From Phoronis australis (Eukaryota > Animalia > Phoronida): a stretch of DNA of 64,000 bases. Under the pieces are notes generated by a model that made no database searches, was not told where the DNA came from, and worked only from the letters and a program-made list of their open reading frames with translations. The stretch lies in assembly GCA_002633005.1 (NCBI GenBank), contig NMRA01000037.1, positions 919,972 to 983,971 on the forward strand, in the 5' to 3' direction. Position numbers and translations under genes: made by a program. Numbering within the stretch: position 1 is the stretch's first letter; each line of letters starts with the position of its first letter. Positions 1 to 13,200 of the stretch are shown here, piece after piece.

Positions 1-92
1 TAGGCTGGAAGCCCTCTCCAATGGTTATAAATCAAATGAGACCAATCATTTATCATCCATTGCAATGCGCATTTCTTTATTTATGTTCACAG

Positions 93-3000
93 TGAGGAGT
101 GGAAGTATCGTGTATGATGTTGATCTAAATATGACAGACTGGAAGCCAAAAGAGGCGGAGTTAAGCGCGATGAGTAGAATTGGGGCTCAGCTCTACTATG
201 ACGATCTCCGTTTTGAGCGTCTCGACGTCGATGCCTCTCTGGCTTTACACATGTTTGAGGATAATAGGTGAGAGCTAACAGTACTGACATCGCATCACGT
301 TAACCAGTTTCACTTTACTTGTGTTCACACTAGGGTAGTATTCCTTATATTTTCACAGGGCAAATAAGTTTGTCTCGGTTTTGAAAATTTCCTAGTGGAT
401 GAGAGTTATTCTTGGAAGCTCGTCCGTCCAGGAACACAGTTGATTTTTAGGGCTCGTCCATCGAGTAATACACCTGACTGTCAGGGCCCCTCCATCCAAT
501 AAACAGTTTCCAGTCAAGGCCCTTGCTCACCTTAAAGGAAAGGCACTTGTGCCTTCTGACGGGAATTCTTCGATCCAGGGGAAAATCCCCATTCTCCTCC
601 CCGGTAGCCACTAACATCTCCAAACTCAAGAGCCCTTCTGCATCCAATACTCTTGGACTTAAACTGGTTTAAATCGCAAACACCAAAAAACAACCACACC
701 AGTCGACCAGCTGTCAAATTAGAATACCTGCTAACGCAAGTCAATGTGTGTCTTGTGTGGCTGTTTCCACTTTTGAGTTACCTTAAGACTATGCGTTAGC
801 CTAAGAGTGAGACACATTGATCAACACGACGCGTGTATAGGGTTGTCTTCAGTTTAGCCTGTGTCTGATGTCAGCAGCTTGTTCGACGTTAATGCACTGA
901 GGTGACGATTAAAGTGAGGAGTTAGTGGGATGTGCTTCTGATCCCATTTATGAAGGTTTATAAATCACGGAAAGGTCTTGAGTGTGTGCCTTTAATTTAA
1001 ATCTTTCACTTTCTGCAGGTTCAAGGTTAAACAAGTGCCAGAGATAGCCAGCCAGTCTGGTGATGGCAGCGTAACTATATACAGAATGGGAGATCATATC
1101 GACATGAGCCGTGGACCAATGATGTCCAGCACCGCCCTTATTGGCAGGTTCTCTGTATCCTCGGTAAGTATGTAAACTGCGTGTAAAATGGGGATAACAT
1201 TCCTGCGGTCATGTGTATGGATGGAGTTGGGTGTTTACTGTGGCAATTAGGCAAACCTAACATGACTTGATGTTAGGGACTCTTGCTAGGCAGTGCATCA
1301 TTGATTGGTAATTATTCTTCACTTGGCGAGTAACTGCATTTAAACCTGCTGTTGAGTGCTTGTGGGACTTTTAAAAAAGTTAGCTGAAATTGATTAGGGC
1401 AGACACTTCTTTTTTCTTTGAGAAATTAGTTGCAGGGTTCAAAATGAGTTGTGGAACACACCAGGACTAATTAGGTTATTTTTCTTTATCCTTTATCACT
1501 CGGGAGTTTTTGCAAAGATGTGTCTAAACCTGCAGGAAGGAATTTCAAACTGTTTTTATTAGGAGCAATTTAGCCAAATATCATCTTGAGTTTTCAGGCT
1601 GTTAATCTTTCTTACTAGTGTTTATTTAATAATCCTAACATTGCCTATTGATGACGTCATTTATAAAAAAACAGGGACTTTGCTGTCTCCACATACACCC
1701 TCACAGATTAATTTTTGTTGAAATTTAATTGTTTTGATGTACTTATGACATCCAGCCTCTGCAGCTTATGTTCTCACGGTAATTTCGTGCTTTCGTGTGT
1801 AACGGTTAGTGGTATAAAAATCTTTAAAAATAAAACGTGTGTAATTTTTGCTTTGCTTAAAATGAGACAGTTGATGTCCAATGTTGGTTCTACAATGAAC
1901 AAGAGATTCATAATCTGTATGCCATAATCCACTTTTGTAGGTCCACAACATTGAGTCCCCTGATTATGGACAGTTATCACGCGTCCAAGGAGTCGCCATG
2001 CCAACACAGTTTGTGGTAAGGCTTTTGTGAGTGCTTGGCAAGTCATCTTTTTAAAGAGCTTTATTGAGAGACGTGAAACATTTCTCATTGACATTTTCAC
2101 AGTTCTTCTCTGTTTCAGTTCTAAAAATAAAAAACAAAATGCATAGCAAACCTCACAGATACAGACAAAATGCAAATTCGGCAATACCAAATACGAAAAC
2201 ACCATGAAAAATACCTCAATACTGCCGCTCCCTGGCTCTCCTCACTGACGCCAAATATGCACTGCCACAATGTAAGTAAATCGAGTCATCGCACAACACT
2301 TATACTGAAATGAGGGTCAGGTCATATGCAAATTACATTCAGTCCATTCAGTCATGAATATACACGTGACCATGAGCCACCGGGAAAAAACAAACGTGAA
2401 GTATCTTACAGCTTTGGAAGTAGTTGGCGTAACCCTTTGTGTTAAGATTAGTTTGTTGACCAGAAACATGTGGCCTGGATATGTTGATAGTATCGTGCAC
2501 AGCCTGAAACTGACGACATTTGATTCCGAACCATTCCTTCACAATCGCCGTTATGTTTTGTGTTTGTGGAAATTAATGGTTTTATTGCGCGTCCAGAATG
2601 GCAAAGTGTGCGAGCAATGCATCTTCCACTCACCTTGCATTGATGTACGTGCCTCCCACAATGCATCATTCTGGGAGTGAAAACGTCAGAGCTGTTTCCG
2701 CTCACGAATTTCTGAAATGACTGGGCTCAGATGTTTTTTCATGGCGAGTACTTTCATGACGAGTACTTTCATGGCGAGTACTTTCATGGCGAGTACTTTC
2801 ATGACGAGTTCTTTCATGACGAGTTCTTTCATGCGTGACTTTCCTATAGTCACAGAATTGCTAATTAGGTCAAGCTAAAAACTCAAACTTCGTACTCAAA
2901 TGAAGTTCGCAACAGGGCACCTTCCTGTCAAAGCAATCAATCAACTCTGTTTGGTCTGTGGTCTTGTCGTAGTTGGGAACGCTCACTTGGCATATGTTTA

Positions 3001-3685
3001 GAAAGTAAAACATGAACCAAAGATGACACTGCAAGAGGCTTTAATATCTTTAAGAGGTGTGTTTTTAGAATCTGTTGGTTTTGCTTGTAGATGCATCAGT
3101 GGACTTTCAACTTTTTAACGGAAAGAGCGAGGACTCTGGTATGTATAAATGGATATTTGTGGAAAAGATATTCAGTTGTCAACTCGTATCATCAGTTTTT
3201 AATTGACATTGTTATTGTTGGTATTATGTGACACCCCAAAATAATTGAATATTCAGAACCAGATTCCATTTCCGGTCGTGCCCGAGGTTTGATCTTTTTA
3301 CTCAAGATGAAACTCGAAATTATTTTTTATATTTTCTGTTCTACTTCGATACAAACTCAGGGTATGTTTCTGTGATTCTGTTCTGCAGTATGACTTACAT
3401 GGATGAATGTCTAGTTCTCAGGGATGGCATTTATGCAAACTGTCCATTCACTCTCCATTTTCCACACAATATGAGAACACACTTGAGCTATAAGAACCAT
3501 TTCATGTCTCCTTCAATGAAGAGTGTCTATTTTCTTGCCTCGCTTTGACATTTTTTATGCGGTTACGTTTCCATGGAATCTTCTGTGTTTTACCAACTTT
3601 GTACTCTTTATTGCAGAACAGAGCACCACCCCCAAGCTTACATCAGTATGATCCTAAGGCGCAGAACCAACACCAGAGGTCATGA
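93..3685 (+). CDS. MRPL39: Mitochondrial ribosomal protein L39 (mL39), 3' part; 5' exons lie upstream of the window
   Basis: Phase-consistent GT-AG exons 93-267, 1019-1163, 1941-2015, 3091-3138 and 3617-3685 (TGA). They translate to ..RSGSIVYDVDLNMTDWKPKEAELSAMSRIGAQLYYDDLRFERLDVDASLALHMFEDNRFKVKQVPEIASQSGDGSVTIYRMGDHIDMSRGPMMSSTALIGRFSVSSVHNIESPDYGQLSRVQGVAMPTQFVMHQWTFNFLTERARTLNRAPPPSLHQYDPKAQNQHQRS*. This is colinear with the ThrRS-like C-terminal half of mL39 as I recall it (SGxxxYDV, W.P, DL.FE.L.V, YR.GD.ID.S.GP, VH, R.QGV..P). Confidence 0.93.
2737..2833. repeat. 15-bp minisatellite (TTTCATGRCGAGTWC), about 6.5 copies, in an MRPL39 intron
   Basis: Tandem units read directly from the sequence. 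Confidence 0.9.
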
Positions 3686-4045
3686 CAGTCTGAGTATTAT
3701 CGGGAGTTGTTCATCTTGACTGGACAGTCTGTACACGGGCCACATTAAGTTCGACTTCTGGGCATACATTATCGTACATCATCGCCATTTCACATTTTGC
3801 TAGTGTACACTAGTGACATCGGGCAGTTGGCTACGAAATACTAGCAAGATCTTGTGATACATTTGCATGACCGCTCGTAAGTTTTACAAGCCCCATTGAA
3901 TGCAAACCTTGTCCACCTGTGTGCAGGGACTAGGCAGAATCCCTGTAGTGGTGCAAGACATAATTTACAGTGAAAAATATGACTAGTCTTTACCATGTCG
4001 CGTTCCTGAATTTGTCTACATATTTATTACGCAGCATGCAAATAC

Positions 4046-4051
4046 ATTAAA
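4046..4051 (+). terminator. Candidate MRPL39 polyadenylation signal (ATTAAA)
   Basis: About 360 nt after the stop and followed by a T/GT-rich tract; no transcript evidence. Confidence 0.4.
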
Positions 4052-5342
4052 TTATCAAGTTCCATTTTTTGTAATTTCATAGTTTATCTTCTGTATTCTT
4101 GCTGGCCAAATATAGAGCATAATGGAGACATCATTAAATTGGCAATAATGGATTTTATTATTCAACTTAAACAATTGTTTGGTACACCTATATGTATTGT
4201 CACATTTCACAATAGGGACTCGTCTGGGATTCGAAAAGTGGGGTTCAAATTTGTGATATTGATTCCGTACGAGGTCACCCTGCTGTCACAGGACAGAGAG
4301 GTATTCCCTTGAAAAATGTGGCTGCAAACATTTTGCCTATCGTTACTGTGACATTTACGGCAAAAATAGATAGTAGTAGTTATGGTCTCAATTTATGTCC
4401 CAAAATTTATCTGCCAAGACAACGAATTATAGGTTTCAGTAAAATTTGATAATACGAAATGTTAAAATTCTTTGTTCAGTTCTCGTCAAGGTTGTGTTTA
4501 ACCAGGCTGTCTTTTTTCTATCTTGATAATGATAATTAAATCCAAGGTTGAATGCATGACCTCACGATTTGCAAAATCAGTAATCTTAAGGTATTTTTTC
4601 TGCTTTTGACATTTTTCTGCCTAAATTGTTAAACCTCTTACAAGCAGACGTCTGATGCCACTGCTTGAGTAGAAATCAAATTAAGCAAACCCTCCCTTGT
4701 AAAGGATCATTTACGAAGAATGTATAATTTATGCATTCTTAACGCTCGCTTTATTCTTAACTGCGATATCGTGTTCCAATGAAGCCCATCAAAACTAAGC
4801 TTTAATTTCGTCATCACAATTTTATCCGCTTTAACATTCAGTTGCAATAGATGAAAAGCGGGTTTCAAAACTTGGCAGGAAAAGTGGGTCAAATTGCCAT
4901 TTTGTTGCATAGCCTCACAGGGGGTCTATAGCCCTGAGCATGTCCTAGAAAATAACCAGATTTGCATAGCTCAGCTGTATTCAGGGTGTGAAGCACCAAG
5001 TTGGCACAATGCCAAGATAAGTGGGACAAATGTCCCTTTCATTGTTCGAACTTCAGCAAGGGCCAGTTAGTCTGAATATTTAGTGTCCCGGGTGACAAGT
5101 TATTGGCCAGTCGGCACAGCGCCAGTGTGTATTTCGAACGCTGTCTACCTTGCTAATGATCTTGCAAAAAGGTATACGAAGACATACGCAAAAATGGTGA
5201 TCTTGTAGAACCACTTGTGGTGCCTCAAGGCTAATTCCCTAGCACATGCATTGAAAACCAGTTTCATTGGTGTCGCTCATCATTTTTGTCCGTACAAACA
5301 CACAATTCTTTTGCAATATCACGAGAAAGTTTTTACAATCAC

Positions 5343-5348
5343 TTTATT
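5343..5348 (-). terminator. Candidate polyadenylation signal (AATAAA) of tetraspanin A; an alternative lies at 6096-6101
   Basis: TTTATT on the + strand about 1.9 kb downstream of the tetraspanin A stop. Confidence 0.45.
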
Positions 5349-7282
5349 CACCAATTGCCTAAAGTACATCTATTAAAAGTCTAATTCCTGTAAAAGAGAT
5401 AAATGTCACATTTCATAATATCTATTCAGTTGCTTTTCTACATAAAACCAAACAGCAAATGTCACCAACTTTAAGAATAACATAGTAGAGACTTGAACTA
5501 ACAAAAAACTTTAAGTTTTAAGTTGTAAATATGGTGGCAAACAATTTCACTTCAATGAAAACATGATTTTGAATGTCCAACTCTACTTGTCACGGAAGCT
5601 GCCATAAACCTGCATTAAGTCAAAAAATTAGATTTTTGATTTAGACTTCTCACTGTGGTGGGGACTTGACAGTTTGTTATTGCAGAAGATGTGGCTCTAT
5701 ATGTCTGCTGAACCTACTTGGTCATTGTTTGAACAGAGCAGGACATCATACAATGAACTCTACTCTTCCATGACCCAGATATCACTTCTAATCACAGTAA
5801 GGAACAGGCAGAGCCCAATTTTGGAAATACAAGTTTTTAAAATCAAAATTATGTAATTTTTAGAGAAGGCAGGTTCACAACTGCTTCAAGTGAAGTCTTT
5901 TTAAAACGAGACAACATTGAAAAAATCACAGAACCTTCAGTTCTCCAAGTTCCCCCTAGTGTAGTAAAAGTGAATCAAATTGTCATAATTACCCGTACTA
6001 CAAAGATACATGGATACAAGGCACACATAAAATGGTTAGAATTACCACGTCCTACTTACACTATGGTGATGTCTGACACCAGTCGAAAGATATATTTTAT
6101 TAAACATGAAGAAAGCTTTACACAGCAAAGACTTGATATAATACAAAAAATAGAAATTCTTGTAAAACTAATTATCATAGTTACATTTCTCAAGAATCAC
6201 GCAAGAGCAACATGTCACAGGCATTAAGTAATTTCTTGATTGGAGGAAAAATTACTCTGGTGATTTCCAGTTAAAACAGAACCACAGTGATTTTTATAGA
6301 ACACATATATACACACAACAGCAACAGGGTTGAAGCAGACAGAAAATAAACTTATATCTAGCCGGGGCACGATTACATTAAACGTTTCTATCTTCACAAA
6401 TAATTCCATCGCAGACAATGCACACTAGCCATAACTGAATTATACTGATCAGGAGACAAAATTCTCAAATGACCGCCATGGCAAAAAAGGAAGGTTAGTA
6501 TTGCAAACGAATCACCTATTTCAACCTAGTATTTGGTACAACAGTATCTCCTGTGGTTTCTAGTAAGACTCAAAACTGATACCGGGTACCAATCACTCAT
6601 ATGGCAGTGATTTGAAGGAACTTGAGAGCACGATACAAACTTCAGTGTCGACAAAGACATCACAGGAAGCTAAAAATCATTGCACTCAGTGAACTGAAGA
6701 TGCAAATCTCCAGGTGCAACTATGGCATCGATTGATGTTTGTGAAAAAAAGAGTCAAGCGCATTGCTACCATATTTGGAAATGCAAGCTAATTGAAAATT
6801 AAATATAATCTCGAGGCAAATTTTAAATAATTAAAGACAAATTTTTAAAGTTGAAAGTATTGATGGGAAGCCTGACCCACAGTTTCAGTCAGATGTTTGT
6901 ACAATGGTGTCTAATCCGACATTTGACAAGTCAGTTTTCATGCACCACTTGTAAAACTTTTCGTCTCCTGACCAACATGTAAAAAATTCTTGCTGTGCTC
7001 TAGATATTAAACGAGATACATTTCCATAAAATCACGCCCACACTTACACAACAAATGAATTGTGGCAACCAACAGAGAGTTGAGTTACCATTTACCTTAG
7101 TTATTGCTGCTTGAAACTAATACCTTACTAAGATAGGAAGCTAAAACACACTACTTTAGTTTTTGAGTAGTCCACTAAATAAGTGGTAGATTGAAAATAT
7201 GGTAGACAAAGGTATATGTATCTGTTATGTGTTTTCCTTGGTAGGGTCGCTATAAGAGCTGCGTCGCAAAAGTGCTGTGAAT

Positions 7283-10200
7283 TTAGTCCTCCTCGCCCAC
7301 ATTCCTGCACAGGCAGCAAGCAAAGATGAATCCAAATAACTGCAACAAGAGATAAAAGATTAATAATTTATCTTCTTCGTCTGTTTAAGGTTCAAGTGCA
7401 TGCTTTGAATAGCTTGAGCGGCAGTTCACAGCTGTTTGGATAATAATGTTGAATTCTTAACCAAAGAGCTTTGAGGCTTGGCGCACCAATTGTTTCTATG
7501 TTCTTATTGGTAATGGAAACTAAATCCTGCTTCACAGTAAGGAATATTATGAGACAAATTCTGACAAAGTATAAGGTTCAATTCGAATTTTATTTCTTAA
7601 CCCGCTAAACACGATGATATGCAGCTTTAAAAACAAACATACAAAATGACGTCATAAAAAGTGCAAATGAAAAATTAATGGACATTACATTAATCTAACA
7701 CAATAAGTGATGAGGGTTGAAAACTAATCGTAAAAAAATTTCAAAAGATGATGAGATAGGGAGACTGACGAATCTGGTAGGGATTGTTTTTCCACGAGAC
7801 AAAGGAGAATACAGAAACGACGCCATCACATGGTGAAGCAGTGGAACAGTTAAATGTATGAAATCACTTCTGGAACGAAGCTGTCCTGATGGTCAAACTG
7901 AATCAATAACAGATGGTTAGATCACAAACACATTAGAATGCAAGTGTTCAACACATTTTGAAATAGACGCTGTGCTTAAAGGGGGAAACTAGTCAGCATA
8001 GTGGCTTAGAACGTTGCAAATCACGGGTGTCATTCACACACAATAGTCATTCTGACATTGACGAACAAGGTCAGTGAAAGCAGTTCTTTGTGAACCCAGC
8101 TCTTGTCATACAACTGTTCCAGTTGTCATTTGTAAGTAAACACAGCTTAACAAAGGATTTATTTTTCAGGCCCAGATGGAAATTCGTTTATTATCCCCTG
8201 TGGGTTTTAAAAAGCCAAGCCCCGGGTAATTCTATTGATTTTACGTGCATTGGAGACGAGTTTTGCACCAACATTTTGAACAAGTTGAAGAAAAGCACCA
8301 GCCGTGCACCAACTTGGAGGACCAGATCAAAGAGAATTACTAACAACAATTAATCTCAACAAAACCAAGGAGAAGATCGAGATTCGGTTTAAAGTAGTGA
8401 TAATGCAGGTCTGGTTCTCTAAATTTGCCCAAGCTAGAAACATTTGGGCTTACACAAGGACGAACTTTGAGGATCTATTATCAAAATGATTATTATGAAG
8501 TGTGTGGATATTTTTGACAGATTTCCTGGGAAACATTGTCTGGGCACCATCAGAAAACGGTGTGGTAGAGAACTTATGTACCCCCGTAATGTATGATTAC
8601 GTGGGCTTGAAAGTACCCAAACATACACACCACAATCAGAAACTTATGAAAGTAGACGGCTAAGAAAGGAATATAGACTTGGTAAAGTTGAACTACAGTC
8701 ACATTACATAAACCCCCCTTTCTTGAAATGTCTTTGCAAATGATCTCTGTAACTAAATCAACTTTTAAACATCACAACAGACACCAACACATACCTCAAG
8801 ACATGCAATACCAACACCGACGCCAATGACGATAGGCAGGTTGCTACCGACCCACTCTTTTACAGAATCGATGCATTTCTGAAAGGAGAACAGAAGACTG
8901 ACTCAAGGATATGTAGAACCTTAAAAAAGCCCAACTGTGGCTAACTCTGGAACACAGAATCTCAGAAATGACTATAAGATTCATATGAAACTTTCGTATT
9001 GCGTGCCTTTAAGACCATGGGCCTATGCCCAAAAGAATGCCTTTTTTGGTCTTTTTTATTCAAGTGGTTTGCAAATTTCATATACATAACCCCAGAAAAT
9101 TTCCTTGGCATATTTTCAAGAAATTTGGTAGACAGTTTTGCATTACCGTATTGCCACGCCTTTAGGTCCATGGGTGCATATGCAAAAAAATGCCATTTTT
9201 TGCAGCTTTTTTACCCAAGTCGTTTGCATAATGGCATGTTTGATTAAGTTTACATATAGGCGCCCTAACATACAGACGCCCATGGGTCAAATGGCCAGGC
9301 AATACGGTATGCTATATGCCACTAGGAATGATTTTTAAAAGGTTTCTCTTTTGTACAACAGTCTAACAATAATAGGATTTTTGTGAAAAAAATCAAAGGC
9401 TGCCTAAAATGAAACCAAAGTGATAATTTTCAATGTGAAAAGTCAAAAATCACCTACAGGCTTCCTACTTTCAAAACATATATATTTTACGGAGTTAAAA
9501 TCATACAGGCTTTCTAATTTCAGAAAATACGTACTTTCATGGAAGACTAAATCTCCAAATTTCACTGACATAAGGCTAAATACAGACGTGCTGATCAGAT
9601 CCTGCGTAATCTTAATAATCAACAAAAAATAACTCGTGAATTTTTCAGACTGTATGCAACATACTTGGCACGTAATAAACAACAATGTCTTAAGGATATG
9701 TCCAACCTTATTCACAAAAATTGGCCATTTTTACAATATTTCACTTGTGTCTAGCAAAATACCTTATCTTCCTTCTCGGGGGAACTTCAAATACAAAATA
9801 TATACCGTGTAGCGAGAGAAAAAAGATTTAGCAGAGCCACCTTGGAACCGCACAACCGCGTGGATATTTGTTTACTACTTATCCAAGGTCAAAGGGCTTT
9901 CAATTAAATCGAATCTCCCGCCAGATACCGAACAGCTTCGTATACCCTCACTCCTTTCATTCACAAAGTCGCCATAACATTGAGCCAACGAGGTGTACTT
10001 ATGATAGAATGGTGGCGGGGAAAACAAAGACAAAACGTAGTTTTGATCCCACAGGAGTTGTGCGTCTACATGCATACGACCGTTGGCGTTGAAAACGAAT
10101 GCTACGAGTCGCCTCAGGCCTCTGTGGTCATGAACACAGAAAGTTGTGAAAAGAGATAAATCATCGCCTTAATTCCTTAATTTAATCAATAAGTTGACAT

Positions 10201-13200
10201 TTCGATGTTTCGACCTCATGCTAACGACATACTTTAACCACCGATTCGATTTTTGTAATCCATTTCTTACTTAGTTTCGTATCAGTCTCCCAGCATGTGA
10301 CGTGTACAGGCTATGAACTGTGACCTACTTAGAAAGTAGGGCATAAACAGTAAAAGTTGGCTGGGAACAATACGTCTGTTTGAGCTTTTAATGATAATTT
10401 AAGTTAGTTACGCACTGCAAAATCAGTTGACATTGCGAGTGAATGTTGAAATGACTAACATAGTTAAGGATTGTATAGGTTATTATGTGAACAGAGAACA
10501 AGTTTTCACCGAATAATTAACTGAAGACTTTGAGATTTTCACTTGTCCCAGTTTAATCGGCTTTTTCTCAGCTTCGGCAAATCGACTTTATTTGAACTTA
10601 GGAACAATAGGTCTCGAAAACAGCTAGATGGATTTTGCTGAAACTTTCCAAACTTAATATTTAGTCACCAGTCTCAAAAATGCTGTTAAGATTTTTGATA
10701 TAAAGGCCTAGTTTTTATGGAATGTGACAAAGACGATTACGACTTTTACAAAAATACCTTACGTTTTGTGAGTTGATCAGTCATAGAAACCAAACGAACA
10801 GACTAATTGAAAATTCCTAACAGCGTTTTTTAGTTAACTGGTGAAGTTTTCATTTAAAAAAGGTTTCATTAACATCGACCGAGGGTTTATTTTGCTATGA
10901 ATGTACCTTTCTTAAAAATGAAATTTTGACTTAAAGGTTTTTACGTAAAAATGATAATGGCACATAAATACAAAAAGAACTATGTTTATATTTCCTGGTC
11001 TTTGTTCTTTCAGAAAATGTACACTTTTACTAATTGACAAAGCTTAGTTTTTTTGATATACAAGTTAGAAAGGAGGACACCAAATAAGGTTGGAGATAAC
11101 CTTAAATTGAACAGAACACTTTACAGCACAGTGACTTTCATTTTGTCTCTAGCAATCAGCAACCATATTTTTCACTTCATACATAAATTTCGAAGTAATT
11201 TTACTGCCTGCAAATATCAGTTAATGTACTTTGAAAAACAAAAACAGTGCACATGTACAAACTCAGACACAGTAACTCACCTTCTTGTTATAATAATCAT
11301 CCACTCCTGCCAGACACTTTACTGTATCCTTGAATGCAGGTTTAGAATAGTCGATGGTGCTGGGATCTTTAACGGCACAGCACGATAACGGATAGGGTTG
11401 CTTGGTCTTATTAGAGAACTTGCTATTTAAGTAGTCATCAGGTCCGTTACCGCCACAGCATTGAAACTGTGAACAATAAGTACAAGGATTAGCAACAGAA
11501 TATGACAAAATCAACACCAGCAACAATTCAAGGGGATTTTAACCACTGCAATACTTACATAATGAGCGGAGCTAGTGTCGTTTTTCAAATGCATCGATGG
11601 AAAGTTGTCGGTTCGTAAACAAATTTTTTTGTGATTCTTGAACTCGCAACGGCAAAAATTGCCTAATTCTTAAGTTTGGTAAATCTCCAATCTTAAGCAT
11701 AATAAATGGTGTTTCACTGTCCAAAACTGTAAGTTGACTGTAGTAGTGCTGGTAGTAGTAGGATGCACTTGTACACTCTGAATGGTAACAACTCACAGAC
11801 TTCGAAAGGTAATAACTGGATACGCGTTGAGCCACAGTACCTTGTACTTAAGACAACTTGCAAAATTTGTCAAGTCATCATACCAGCGTAAATGGTGATA
11901 CTTCTCAATCTAAAGAGACAAGCCTTAAGTCGGGAGGGTGGGGAGGGGGGGGGGTACGTACAGCACTAACTTAATATCTTGTATGTATTGGTTATTATGC
12001 ACTTGTCACAAGAAAAATGACAATATATTACATAAAATGCATAACACTAATTAAAACTTCAGGGCCTGACTCATTCATTTCGCAGCCAAATGCTTCAAGT
12101 CACTGAGAATGTTACCCGAAGCCTCTACAGAAGAAATGGGAATAAAAATAGCGCTGCAATACATTAAAAACGATATCAAATCACATTTTTTTCACCACAA
12201 ATTTGTCAGTTTTCGACGAGAAGACATTTTGTAAGTTCTTTGAAAACTACAGTCTACAATCTTATGTAGTTTCTGGGAACTGGTGTGTACGCCAGTTAGC
12301 GAGAAGGCTAGTGTTGAAATGGTGCAAATTTTAACATTAAGAAAGAATAGTGATGAGCCAAGAACTTGCTTGACTCATCACCGTGAAGCGTTTTGATTTC
12401 GTCTATACCCATAACGAGTCCGAAAAATACGATGAAATTAGTAACATCTCCGGCAAATTGTGACGCTTACAACGATTGGCACCAAGGCAATGCACCACTT
12501 CCAACGATCGACGTACAAACTCTGAACAATATGGGCATATGAACGTTCGGACATGAATTTCACATAATCAGTTGAGACTGATGGTAAAATGAGGAAAAAA
12601 AGAGCACATTTTATAACCTATCTTTATGAATTTAGTAAGTCCAGTCGAGTTTAAACTTGGTGTTGCGAAGAACGTTGGGTCAGATACCACACTCAACTTT
12701 CTGGCTGGATATACAACAGACAGCATGAGAGAGGAGCACATAATCACACACCTTCAGCTGAACCCAGTCATAGCCCACTTGAATGATGGAGCCATTGAAG
12801 TAGTTCTCTTGAGCGTTATCATAAAGGATCTTCCCCATAGCCGTTTCAACCTGTAAAATATCATACTACCAGTACAGTGTGGGCAAATAACAACGTATGT
12901 TTTGCTGTCAATGTTTGTTCATAATCACCATCACTAATTATCACTACTTATACTGTATGACGCCACAAATAGGACATAACAGTGCTGAACATGGAGCAGT
13001 GAGAACAAGACTGCAATGAGAAAAAAACATGGATAAGGTGTCCGCCCGTATCATTTTAAAAGTCTAAATTTCTGAAGTCAGTACAGTAGAAACTGTTTGT
13101 TTGTTCTCTTCGCGATGAGTAGGATAATATAGTAAGTAAGGCAGTAGTCAGATATAACGTGCCCGCATTTCGATAACCAGTAGCTACTCCCTAATCAGTG

